From assembly GCA_030141605.1 (NCBI GenBank), contig JAQGDQ010000111.1, forward strand, positions 62,001 to 126,000: DNA of 64,000 bases, read 5' to 3'. The stretch's first letter is position 1, and every line of letters starts with the position of its first letter. The position numbers and the translations under genes are program-made. This stretch comes from Tubiluchus corallicola (taxonomy: Eukaryota; Animalia; Priapulida). This document shows, piece after piece, positions 10,201-21,719 of the stretch. The notes under the pieces are model-generated. The model searched no databases, had not been told where the DNA came from, and worked only from the letters and a program-made list of their open reading frames with translations.

Positions 10201-13200
10201 AGTACAGAGTCCACATATCATCATGTTAGAAGTTCAAAAAGAGATGTGACGAATACTGTCGGATCACGTTCACAAGGCTATCCAGAAAACTGCTTGAACA
10301 CATTTCAGCATTCTGAAAGCGGTACTGAAGACACGGCAGCAAGTAGTTTGTCCAGTGACATGTGGGCCCGAAGTCCTGTTCCAGTTATTAAAGTAGAAAA
10401 TTTTTCCCCTAAGCAGGATTTGCCAGATAGGCATGTTTCAGAAAACCTACAGTCAAGAAGCTTTTATACTATAAATCCTTCTGAAGAGGATTTCCATAAT
10501 GATGAAGTGGAAAAATCATCTACTGTTCCTCAACTAGTTCTGCATGGTACCCCGCCTTCATCAGATGGTACATTCATTTCGAATGTCCACTCTTTTCCGA
10601 GTCCTTCCACTGCTCCGGCTCGTTTGCATCAGAGTTCTGCGCCAGAGTGCACATCAAGTCTGCATGAACTACAGCTGTCTGCAGAGTTGCACGCCGTCAT
10701 GTCTCAGTCGCCGACTGCCACGCCCAGCCCACGCAGTTCCGACTCGGCAGCAGCGTACCACAATGGCATCATGGAGTCTCCTCGACAGAATGTATCACCA
10801 TCAAGTGCAGTTGAAGAAAATATGTCTGCATATGATGAAGGTATAGTAATAGCAAATTGTGTGTCTTTAACTGTCTGACTGAGTTTAAGAAGTTTCGACT
10901 AGCCATTTCGTGATATCGCAGCAACATTTTTATTGTACTCACCAATTGGATAAAGATACATTTTCTAAAAAAAAGATCTTTTATCTTTGTTTGATGAGAT
11001 AAACTGGTGCGAATTTCGGACGGAAATTTCTCCAAATCTGGCTAGTTTCTAGCTCATAGCTTCTACTGCAGAAGATCTGTAGAGTATTCCAGAAAAATGA
11101 TTCAATTGAGAGCCATGAGGGGGATATGAGTTTCAGCTCATGTTCTTGTTCATTGGATTATATTAATTATACAATGTCCTGTGTTACTGGTTACACTTAT
11201 CGATGATAAATCATTAACCCCTATACTTCATGCACAATTATTAATGCTGCACGTTCAGTTTACAGTTAATCTGCAGTTTCCACTACTGGGGAATTTGTTT
11301 GCCAATATGCTGGACAGAGTTTTACACATGTTGTTGATAAAACATCATTTCTTTTGCTCAAAGGACAGGAACTTAGGGGAACTAAAGCTTTCGGTTTTGT
11401 TTGATAAAAATTATAAATCTACAAATATTTTAGCACAAAAGAGCTACTGCTAAAATTATCCACTCACATAACTGTCTGACTGAGTTATTTTGACTATTTT
11501 GATTCTCTTTTATGTGGACGTCCGGATTGTTCAATAAATTTATACTGCAGAGCATTCAGAATAAGACAGCTAGGGGTAGTTTTGTGTAACTGGGAAATTC
11601 CATCTAAAGAGGCGCTCAAAATTTTACATTGACTGAGAGATAGAATCATATTTAAGATTTTGTGCTTTGTGTTCATATGTTTGCACAATATGGCTCCTGG
11701 TTACTTATTTAAACTTCTTGAAGTAAAAGCTTTCTCAGTTTGGACACGCTCCAATGCTCAGGCAGAACAGGGCATCACTCTAATTGTACCCTTTAATCAT
11801 TGTAAAACTTTTGCAGACGGATCTTTCTCATAGCTGCCCCCAAAGAATGGAACAATCTCCCACTTGATTTGCATTGTAGTACTAAATTTGATGTGTTCAA
11901 GAAAAAACTTGACACTCGTCTTTTGATTTTGTCCTTTTCGAGCTAAACTTGTTACAACTATTACATAATTTCATGTTGTGTATACACTGTATGGTTTAAA
12001 TTCACCAGGTTTTATCGTTTTGTATTTGAATTTTAACTATAATGCTGATACTGTTGTTAGGCACCATAGAGTACTATTTGCAATTAACTGTGCAGGAAAA
12101 ATTTTGCGTAATAGTAATAATAATAATACTAGTAATACATGTGATAAATTTTGTCCCACAAGTACCGTTTCAAAGGTACATTTCATAACAGCAAGATTGG
12201 CTAATTTGATTTACCGTATTTTCCCGTGTATAAGAGACCCTTGTGTATAAGAGACCCCTTCAATTTTTAGGCAAAAATTCTGGAAAAAAGTTTTTTCAGA
12301 CGGACATTTTTAGAGGGTAGAGTACAACTTTTTTCAACTCAGTGCGGTACTGAAAACAAAATAAAACCAGTTAATGTGTTGTAGAAAAAGAGTACTGGTA
12401 TATATTAAAGTGCGTACCTGCAAACCTGTAACAGGAAAAGAGAAAACGAGGAGATAATGCCTGTGTCACGATGCTTGTATTGCTTACAACCGCTTCATAG
12501 TCGAACGCGACACGCAAAACAGTTGTAGAGCACTTATTTCTTTAAAATCATTAGTGTCACAATTTATGCATCTTATTGAAAAGACTTACTCCCATGTATA
12601 AGAGACCCCCTATTTTTAAAGTGAAAATTCTGAGCAAAAAAGGGTCTCTTATACACGGGAAAATACGGTAGTTCAGTGTTCATTTAAAAGATGGCCATCT
12701 TCACTTAATGCTTTTCTTTGTGAACACTTTAACTATTTGTGAACGTTTCTGTAACTGCAGGCATTCGGCTGATGGTGACGTTGGAGCGACTGCACGAGGA
12801 GAACATGAAGAACCCGCCGTCGGGTTGCCGCCAGATGCTCATCGATCACATCAGCGAAATTGTGCTCACAGCAAAAGAGCAGCTGATCTTCACAAAAAGA
12901 GCAGACATTCCAGCTAAATGCCGAGAAGTATTATCAAGAAAGCAGGTGAGAAAGTTTACTGCTCAAGCTGTTGACATCAGAGGTGTTTCTGGTTTGTCTG
13001 TGAAACCAAAACTATTGTAACTTACATATAGACATCATTCTATATAAAATGGCTCTGTTGGTAGCTGTTGAACTGCTTTCTGTTGACATTTACGCAATTA
13101 TAAAAGCCTGTTATTGTTATGTGTCATTATCTCATTGTAACCCTGCAGCCGGTACTTGTCAAAAAACTGTTTAATTGCATATTGAGCATCATTGTGGTTA

Positions 13201-16200
13201 AAGGTACATGTTTACTAAACTATGCTTTGAATTTTTCTAACTGTGTACGCAAACCCGTGTGCTTTGTATAATCTTTTGCCTCAACTAAAGTTCAACCCCG
13301 GGCAAGAAATATCAAATGACAAAATTCTTGACAAATGAATACCATCGTACTCGAACCAGCTTTCAATGTATTGATAGATACCATCACACTCAAACCAGTT
13401 GTCAATGTAATTGTCTGCGACTAAAAATTTTGTCCAACAAAATTGAGAAGGGCAGCTGGACCTAACACACATACAGTGAAACCTCGTTATAATGCCCCCC
13501 CCTTTATAATGCCTACATTGCTTAACGCCCAGATTAAATGTCTACATTTGCATAGACATGTATATATTAATGCATCTCGTTATAATGCCAGACCTGCTTT
13601 AACACCAACTTATTTCCATTCCCGAATAAGTAGGTGGGGTATAAAGAGGTTTTACTGTAATTAAAATAATTGTATATGGCTATTATTAGTTACTTATCTT
13701 AATTTCAGGTTTATTGATTAGTGGGAGAATGAGCCCACACAGTTGATTTTTGTATCCTAAAATTGACAGAAAGCAGAGCGAGTATGAAAAAAGTTGAGAC
13801 ACTTTTTCAAATTTTTGTTAATCATTTTCTAATTTTTTCACTTTTCCTTCCTTTCGGACAAGTATTTTTTCAAATTTTTTGCAATTTTGATTCATTAATT
13901 CATCATTGAGGGATTTATCCCCCAATCCACAACTCGCTCATCGTTCAAATGAAAAACAACTTATGAAATAAAAATATACTTATAATCAGGGCTGGATTAT
14001 AATATTTTGCAGCCCCTAGGCTAATATAATTATGAGGCCCCCTCAGACGGAGCCACCCTCTAACTCGCATGTCCCAGTCTTGAATATTTTTACTTGTGTT
14101 ATATTTTAGCAACTTTTATATATATCGAAGTAAACTTTTTGCAAAGTCTTTAAATAAACTAGAATAGCTATCATTTCTTGCCAATAGAAATATTCGATAA
14201 GAAATACCACTATTTTACTATTTATTGCAAACCAAATATGCACGTATTTCAACACAACTCTTGTGAAAAAAATTCAACTTTGTTATCATATGTTACCAAA
14301 ACTTGAGTGACCCCAAGCTTGAGGGGTCCTAGTCTGCAGCTTATACTAGCATATTGAGGGGCCCTGCTTATGTGATACAAACATACTGATCTGGCATCGT
14401 GCATATCTATAAAAATGTTTTCTTACCTATGTGAACACTTTTTACAGATAGCAGGTGACAGTGTTTGGCAGAAGTTCATTGGTCAGATGTTTCCAGCCAT
14501 CAACAAAGTGGTCTCCTTTTGCAAGCAAGTTCCAGGTATATAAACTCGATTCTAACAACTGCTCATTACCTGAGTCTAACTGTAAAGTTCTTGGTTCAAA
14601 TCCTGGCTGACTCACCATTTTCGAGTGCCTTCCTCTAGGGTTGTTAAATGATACAAATTTGGCAATACGAAAACAATCCAATACGATACTTTTTTCCAAT
14701 GATACGATGTATGTAATCTTTTTTTAGACGATACGATAAAATATTTCATGCGATACAAAAATAGTGATTTCAGACATTTTAAGCAAAAGAGAAAAAAGCA
14801 TCATTAATAAGTAAAACTACAAAGTGCTTCAGTGCATTCAGTGCTGTTTACTTAAATGGCTGCTAGTTACGAAACGGAAGTCTTTATGTGCAACAAAGCA
14901 GCATGATGTCTGTCTAACTGTAGTTACAGCACGTTTTGACACACGTAGTATATTCAATCCATTCAACACTTAAGTCAAATTAAAATGGTGGTACTGTACA
15001 CACCACAAATATAGACAACTACTATAAGAACCTAGCTTCACAAATCCACATTTGCTACTGTTAGTCAGTGGGTCTGTGGCCTGTAAAATGTAATTCTATT
15101 ATTATATGCTCTCAGTATCGCTTGTCTTTGCTTGGATGAATTTCTAGAACTCAGATAAGGAACTTTGCATAAATATTAATACTCGTATTAAAATTTTGCA
15201 TAATTTTTTTCAACATTTCAGAACCTGATCTGATCAGATATATAAAACACCCCAATCAAATTCATCATTTTAATAAATAATTTCTGTAAGAGTTTGTGTG
15301 AAGCATGAGAACCGGTAAACGGTCATTCGAGGTAAATTCACTGTGTATTTGTTAACACACCACAAGCAGTTGCGCCCTTCGCTTCCTTATATAGGCCATT
15401 CTCTCTGTTACTGATCCATTGAAGATTTTGCAAACGTAGTTACCGAACTTCGTTTATTCTAGCTTTCAATCTTTGACCAAGGTCACAATGCTTGAAAGCA
15501 AACTGACCTTCAATTACAATTAAAAATTTATCTTAAATTTCTTTGGAGAATTTTTATTCTTCATGTTGATGAATTTTTACACAGAAAATTGGGGCAATGC
15601 ATACGCAGCAAAAAATTTATGTTGTCAGTTTTGTTTATGGAAAAAACATGTTCATGAAATAGTGACTATGGTTAACTTTTTACTATGTATGGTATATTCA
15701 TCTGTTACAAGCGATATTATGCAATAAATATTTTTTTCGATACAATGATGCAGTTACATGTAGCTTATACTGTCATGTTTGCCCAAATCAGTAATTATCT
15801 TACCTTTTTTCTTTTTATATAATTTGGCACTCTGTAATATGGCATATTTTTGTTGTATTGTTCAATGTGGCAGGAACTGAACTAGCCACATTAGCAATGA
15901 TAGTGTTTTAAATAAGACACTAAACTAGAGGTGTATCTTAACCTTGATCAGACGAGAACACAAATATATCTATATATGTATATTATACATGTGTATATAT
16001 ATATATGTATATATATATTTTTATATATATATATATGTATTAATTATGCATATCATACTACTACTGACTTTTATTTCTTTTGGTGAAAACGGTATACCCT
16101 TATATTTTCATTGTCCACACATGTTGACACAAAAGGTGATCTGCTTTTAATTGAATAAGGCTTTTCACGGTTTCATTGTGCGCACGCGCAGTTGCTGCAG

Positions 16201-19200
16201 GTCAAAGGTTAAGTGTACGACAGCAATGTGTCTTAACTACAACCATCATGTGGTGTGTGTAAAGCAAAATCGTTTGCCATGTCAGTTCAGTAGCTTCTCT
16301 TGTTTTACGTCGACTTTACTTAATTATGCATTAGTCTGTGCATACAGTGATTTACTAGCAGGATCTTACTTGGGAACAAGAAAAATTGAACTAGATAAGG
16401 TTCTAACTAGCTGTTAAAATTGTTACTCCTACAATAGCATGTAATGTACTGTATGACAGTGTAATACGTAATGTAATGCATGACAATTACTGTACTGTAC
16501 AAATGCGTTGTCTGGTACACTTAGCCTTTGGCCTTTTCACTATCATCAATCGCTGGAACTGTGAAAAGGCTTATTCTAGTAAATCTGCCAGAAATGTTTC
16601 AGCCATCCATTTACTAACCAGACTTGACATTGTAAACTTCAGTCTCTAAGCAGACCAGGACCACCATGCTCTTCTCTTCTGTCCTACTTCTTTTTTTTAC
16701 TAGTTAAATAACGCCAGCAGCATATAGATATTTTTGTGCAGACAGCACAAAGCTTAGGTGTACGTGCTTACACAAGGGATTACTTGCTTGTTTAAAAATG
16801 TCTAGTTCATCTTCAATTCTGTAAACGGTTGTTGCTTTCCATTCTTAGCATGTTCACTTATTAGGTGTAGACCATAAATCAAATCTTCAAAAGTTGATCT
16901 TTTTTCACTTTGCAGTCTGTTATTGATGTCACTCACGCAGTTTGTTGTCAGTTGTCACTTGCTTAAAAACCATATACCGGCATATTCTTGACCTGCAGCA
17001 GTTTAGCCTATTCATAAGCAAAAAAATTATGTATCAAGTTTATGTATTTATGTATAAAAAAATTAATCAAGTTTTACGTATAAATCTTTGTATGTTTGTT
17101 TGTTTAAAAATACAATTACAAATTACAACATTAAAATTACATGTGTTTGTTTCATTTTACGCAGTATTAAAACAATAGCTAAAAAATTTCTGAAGCAACA
17201 CCCCCAGCAATTTTGATTATGTGCCAGCCACCACTGGCTGTGAACTATTATTTTTAGGATAGCAGACATCGGTCACATTAAAGTCGTCCTTTTTGCTGAT
17301 GAGCGTTAATGACCCTTCATTGTTTTTATCCAGGTTTCACAGATTTGTGCATGGATGATCAAATCAAGCTCATCAAAGATGCTTCATTTGAGGTGTTACT
17401 CCTGGACCTGATGGCAACTACTGACTATGAAAACAGTCTGATATTCGATCCGAGCGTCGACAGCGTCATGTCGTACGAGGACATCAAGGGGCTGCCGGCG
17501 GCTGAGGTGTTCGAAAATTTCTTCACTTTTGCCGCAGAGTACAATCCCCTAAAGCTAACCCTGCAGGAAGAGGGGCTGTTTTCTGCTGTGCTCGTTCTAT
17601 GGAATGGTAAGCGCAATGGAAACATCAGTGTTCGTTTGTCATTGTCGTCTTCTTTGCATTATCATTGTTATCATTACTTTAACATCTTTCCACTTAAAGA
17701 AAGTTTGTGCAAATGCAAAAAATCTACATCAGTCATTTACCCTTGTTCATCAAGGCTGTATAATATGTGTGCTTGCAAACCAAAATCACCCATAAGTTGG
17801 CATACCTAAAACCACGTTATGACGCTTCAAAGTAGAATACCCAAAAATTCGGTCAAATATCAATTTCTAGTTTTTTATAAAAGCAAATGCTAAACATATT
17901 GTCAAGAAAATGTCAAGAATATTGTCAATTATCAATTAAATGTTCAAGAAACACTAAAAATCTAATTTTATAACCCACTTTTAGAAACTAGTAATGCAAT
18001 TGTAACTTGTATTTTTAAACTCCGATAGTAGCTCGTTGAAGTTATTATTTTGCTTCGGGTTTTTTCTGTTGCCAAACCCAGATCTTTGTCAAGAGCTGCC
18101 ATCTACTGGATTTAAGCATAACTTCAATGTGTTTTTGTAAAGTCCATAGCAACCGCAGTTTCGAACGGTTGCTAAGTGTTTTGCAGAAACGTGACAAAGA
18201 GCAATGACTGACTTTAACAGCAATTTTCTCAAGGTTATGTTTGTCAGTGCGTAGTGTGCACCTCAGCTTCAATGTGGATTATCTCAGCTTAGAAATATCA
18301 CGGAGCGACAAACTTGGTATCAAAATGATCCTCAATGGAGATACAGGATATGTAAATAACTAGAAAAGCTTAACTGTCAACTGATGGACGATCTTGCTAT
18401 GCAAGTACACATATGTTCACTACTAACCCCAAAACGTCCAATATCCTTTTCCATGGAACAGATAATATTTGAAGAATACCTTTTATTAAGGCTGAGATGG
18501 TTAACCATTTAAACGCTTAACCGAGTGCTGACTGGTGTAACCGTTTATTATCCGTTGTAACTGAAAATCCTTAACTGTTTAACCATTACTAAGCCAAGTT
18601 TTCTTTATATCCGTATTAATGAAGCCTTGTATCTTTTCTGATTTGGAGCAGTTGATGCTGATGCAGTTAGCAATGTCCTGCTTACATAAAATTGTACTAT
18701 TTACAGCATTGTTTCAGTTAATCTGAATGCCTAAAAAGCATCTTGATGGTACATTGCAAAAAGTTTTTCACTCGCGTATATTATGAGGATGCCGATATGT
18801 TTGACATTCTCATGGTGCCTGCTAGATAGGAACCTAACCATGCTTTTATGTGTATGACATTATCAGGAATGGTTAAATGGTTAACCGACCGCAATTATGA
18901 CATTTAAACGGTTAGTTAAAAAGCCTAACCGTCTCAGCCCTACCCTTTATGATGATGAGTTATCAATCTGCCACTATCATTTGCCTTAAGTAAGCTCAGC
19001 TATTGACAACTAATTGCAGAATGCTCAAATTTTACCACAAACTATTTTTAATAGCTTTTGTCAGAGTAACATGGGAAATATGTTTTGAATGACATGGTGC
19101 GTCAGCCTCCGATTACACCACTCGGAAGAGAGTCCAATTATTTGCTTTGCTGCGTTGTTGCACAGCAGGTTGAGATAACGGGGCCCAAGGGCATTAAGCA

Positions 19201-21426
19201 AAAATTCGTAAATTGGTGAAAGGTTTTTCTTTGATAATTTTGATGACATATGCATGAACAGCAGAATGAGACTGTCGTTGCAAAATCGTTGAACCTGAGA
19301 GTCTCTTGTGGGCTTATGAAAAGGGTGGGAAAGTAAACGGAGGGTTCGAAGAGGGGAAATTTTGCACCGTCACACTTTTATCTCGGCAGGCTTGTTTATG
19401 TATCATATTGCTATGTGCAGTCTTACAGCCATGTCACACTAATCTGTGAAAAAAAGCCGTATGACCCAAACTTTCCGTCTTTGTGCAAAGTCTCCAGTTT
19501 CTAATTACTTGCAACAGGAAAGTGAGACAAGTTATTTTAGGTGGCAATCCTAGTCTAATGCATGATCTCCATCTGGGTCGCTGCACCGCGTGTGAAAGTT
19601 GTTCATCATATACTACTTATCTCTAATAATCCTACGTGACCATCTACAGGCTTTAGACTAATGTCATTAGACGAGCAGTGCTCCATTTCTCTTCCTTAAT
19701 TACAATATGCCGGTAATTCATCGAGTCGACAAGCCACAGATCAATGATACGTGACCTCTTTTCGCTAGACTAACAATTTCTAGGTTTTCAATCAATAGAT
19801 GGCAGTAGCATTCTTTGTGATTCTAGACTGCCAGTTTCTCACTTTGCGCTAGACTACCAATTTCTAGATTTTCAATTAATAGATGGCAGTAACTGTTCTT
19901 GTTGCCATTGTAAACTTTAGCCTTGCTTTTACTCAGTAGGTGGCAGCAGTGTTCTGTGTGATTCTGAATTGCCCGTTTCTTACTTTTACTCAGAAGATGG
20001 CAGCAGTGTTTTTGTAACGGTTGTTATGATTGGCTGTAGCAAGGTGACTATCATACACTTATACACATTCTAGGCTGCACGATGACATTTTGAGATTCCT
20101 AGACTTGTCAAATTATTGGGAGCCACTCTGACTCGCCTGTACCCGTCTTGGATATTTTAGCGACATTTACATAGCTTGAAGTACACTTATTGTAAATGCT
20201 TTAGATAAACTAGAATAGCTATCTTTTGTTTGTCAATAAAAGTTATCCTTTCAGAAATACCGCAATTTTGCTATTTATTGCAAACAAATTAGCACATATT
20301 TCAAAACAACTGTAGTGAAAAATAGTTTTTTTACCAAATGTCATATATATTCACTTTATTATGATTATTTTGCTCATTGTTTCACAGTTATCATTAAGTT
20401 TTTATTATATTTTTTGAGCCGTACAGTCTATTTAGTCACATAGTCAAATTTCACTACATATTTTGTTTGCTCCATTTTTCTGCACTAGTTCTTGCTTTGC
20501 ATAGTATTTTATCATTACGCTTAATTTGACACGACTGCATATCTTTGCTTCATTATATTTTGTTTGAGTTTATTATACATATTTTGTTTCTTTTGCTGAT
20601 TTATTATTTATGTTTTTTTGGTTTCTAGTTTTTTGTTTTAATCGGTTAGTTAAATGCTTTACATATTTTGTTAACATCATTTCATATTTTTCATTTTACT
20701 TCTTTGTTGCATAGCTTACTTAGTTATTTCGCTTTCATGTTTAATGTATCCCCCCATAAATTCATGTTAACAGCAGCACCACAAATTTTTTACAATTTTC
20801 ACTAACCTGAGAAGGGTAGCTGACTCGATGACCAATTGGTCTTTCGCTACCTTTTCTCCTGCACCCCCTTAACTCTTTCCTTTATGCTTAATTTATCCTT
20901 TTTAATCAATAACTAAAAAAATAATAGTCAATTTGTATACAGGTGTAAATGAGGAGATAAATAAAAATGTCTATGTCTATGTCTATGTTACCAAAGCTTG
21001 AGCGCCCTAAGTTTCTTGGGCCCTAGGCTGCAGCCTATACTACCCTATAATATAATCTGGTCATGCACACATTGCACGTTCTGCATATGCAATTCTATGA
21101 CCTGCATCACTACTCCAGTTTTCATCCACGTTTTTTCCACTTTGCATTATTATATTTTTCTATTAGGTGTTCCTGGCATCAAGAACCCACATGTTGTACG
21201 CAAACTTCAGGGGGTCGTCTTGCAAGCTCTTCACCAGCAGTTGACGCGTGCTCACGCTAATCCGGACGACGTACTACAACGTCTGTTCAACATGGTTCCT
21301 CTCATCCGCTTTATCAACCAAAAACACCTGAACATGCTTCACAAAATGAAGATGACCAACTCGGAAATGGTGAAAATGTTTCCTCCTCTGCATGCCGAGA
21401 TGTACTCCTATGCGCCATTTTCTTGA
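4100..21426 (+). CDS. nuclear hormone receptor, subfamily 1 (NR1D/E/F-related, possibly a lineage-specific group); ~1027 aa
   Basis: join(4100-4225,7069-7210,8831-10840,12761-12945,14448-14535,17334-17606,21167-21426) = 3084 nt, all GT-AG and phase-consistent. C4 zinc fingers [50 protein letters not shown] signature [26 protein letters not shown]-2-like FPPLHAEMY. Confidence 0.9.
4443..4514 (+). mobile_element. degenerate tRNA-derived SINE head / tRNA-like sequence
   Basis: A-box-like GGTGGCCACGTGATT and B-box GAGTTCGATAC; the cloverleaf is imperfect. Confidence 0.4.
5564..5999. mobile_element. hAT (Charlie-like) MITE
   Basis: TIRs CAACGGTTCTCAACC / GGTTGAGAAACCCC; 8-bp TSD TTCTAGTG at 5556-5563 and 6000-6007; subterminal TTAACCCC repeats. 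Confidence 0.85.
7069..7210 (+). CDS. nuclear receptor coding exon 2 (zinc finger 2)
   Basis: TTCTTGCAG|GGT; [34 protein letters not shown]; donor G|GTACGG. Confidence 0.92.
8831..10840 (+). CDS. nuclear receptor coding exon 3 (CTE + ~660-aa Ser/Pro-rich hinge)
   Basis: TTTTGTGTAG|GT; continues the frame as GCRLGRRPK into ORF 8857-10878; donor G|GTATAG at 10841. Confidence 0.85.
11500..12130 (+). mobile_element. degenerate L2-clade LINE 3' fragment (RT C-terminal region + (AAT)n tail)
   Basis: Broken translation [41 protein letters not shown] typical of L2/CR1 ORF2 ends; AAT repeats near 12110-12128. Confidence 0.75.
12214..12668. mobile_element. Tc1/mariner-superfamily (Tc2/pogo-like) MITE
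   Basis: Perfect 27-bp TIR CCGTATTTTCCCGTGTATAAGAGACCC, TA TSDs, internal TGTATAAGAGACCC repeats. Confidence 0.92.
12761..12945 (+). CDS. nuclear receptor coding exon 4 (start of LBD, helix 1)
   Basis: AACTGCAG|GC; [23 protein letters not shown]; donor CAG|GTGAG. Confidence 0.8.
13474..13657. mobile_element. pogo/Tigger-like MITE
   Basis: TA|CAGTGAAACCTCGTTATAA ... TATAAAGAGGTTTTACTG|TA. Confidence 0.8.
13987..14366. mobile_element. hAT-like MITE; second interrupted copy at ~20070-21064
   Basis: CAGGGC..GCCCTG termini; internal sequence (AAACTAGAATAGCTATC..TTTATTGCAAAC) shared with 20200-20330. Confidence 0.6.
14448..14535 (+). CDS. nuclear receptor coding exon 5 (LBD helix 3)
   Basis: TTTTACAG|ATA; [24 protein letters not shown]; donor G|GTATA. 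Not in the ORF track. Confidence 0.88.
15865..16671 (-). mobile_element. tRNA/5S chimeric SINE copy, interrupted by (TA)n and a MITE
   Basis: Head on - strand 16671-16599 (GAAGTTTACAATGTCAAGTCTGGTTAGTAAATGGATGG); tail at ~15955-15865 matches the copy 1 tail. Confidence 0.5.
16154..16575. mobile_element. non-autonomous DNA transposon with AATAAG(G/C)CTTTTCAC TIRs (possibly ISL2EU/Harbinger-related)
   Basis: TIR AATAAGGCTTTTCACGGTTTCA / TGGAACTGTGAAAAGGCTTATT; second copy at ~27350-27727. Confidence 0.7.
16910..17237. mobile_element. partial copy of the hAT MITE at 35300-35820
   Basis: Shares GTTGTCAGTTGTCAC.TGCTTAAAA.. through the right terminus GCCACCACTG. Confidence 0.6.
17334..17606 (+). 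CDS. nuclear receptor coding exon 6 (LBD helices 4-8)
   Basis: TTTTTATCCAG|GT; [40 protein letters not shown]; donor G|GTAAG. Confidence 0.92.
18487..18942. mobile_element. hAT MITE
   Basis: TIR TAAGGCTGAGATGGTTA / TAACCGTCTCAGCCCTA; 8-bp TSD CCTTTTAT/CCCTTTAT; GGTTAACCG subterminal repeats. Confidence 0.8.
19760..20010. repeat. degenerate tandem repeat, four units each with AG(A/G)TGGCAG
   Basis: Cores at 19797, 19881, 19938 and 19995 with shared flanks. Confidence 0.7.
20345..20987 (+). mobile_element. non-LTR retroelement 3' fragment nested in a hAT MITE
   Basis: Stem-loop GAGAAGGGTAGC..GCTACCTTTTCTC, AATAAA and (GTCTAT)3 tail; both flanks match the 13987-14366 MITE. Confidence 0.6.
21167..21426 (+). 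CDS. nuclear receptor coding exon 7 (LBD helices 9-12, stop)
   Basis: TTTTTCTATTAG|GT; [40 protein letters not shown]. Confidence 0.9.
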
Positions 21427-21719
21427 AAGGAGCCGTTTTCTGGGAGAAGCTGCTAATTTTTGTGAGGTGTATAAAGTAACTGTGTGCATGCGTGCCATAT
21501 TAGTTGTTGTGCGAACAGGCCAGCACTTATTGTAAGTACACCTATGTTAATAGCTTTTGCTGTGATGTGTAAACAGGCCGAAGTTTGTAACTCCAGCTGT
21601 GTATGGCAGTATTTAGTATAGGTGTGAGACAAGCCTTAGTGTATCGCACTATGTAGTCTACTTTGGAGAACAGTGTCCACGTTAAGTAACCTTGCATGTG
21701 TTAATATTGAGTAACTTAA

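Noticed and set aside
8806-11035. Overlapping or antisense ORFs within the giant exon
   Set aside because: Shadows of the real coding frame with no recognisable motifs.
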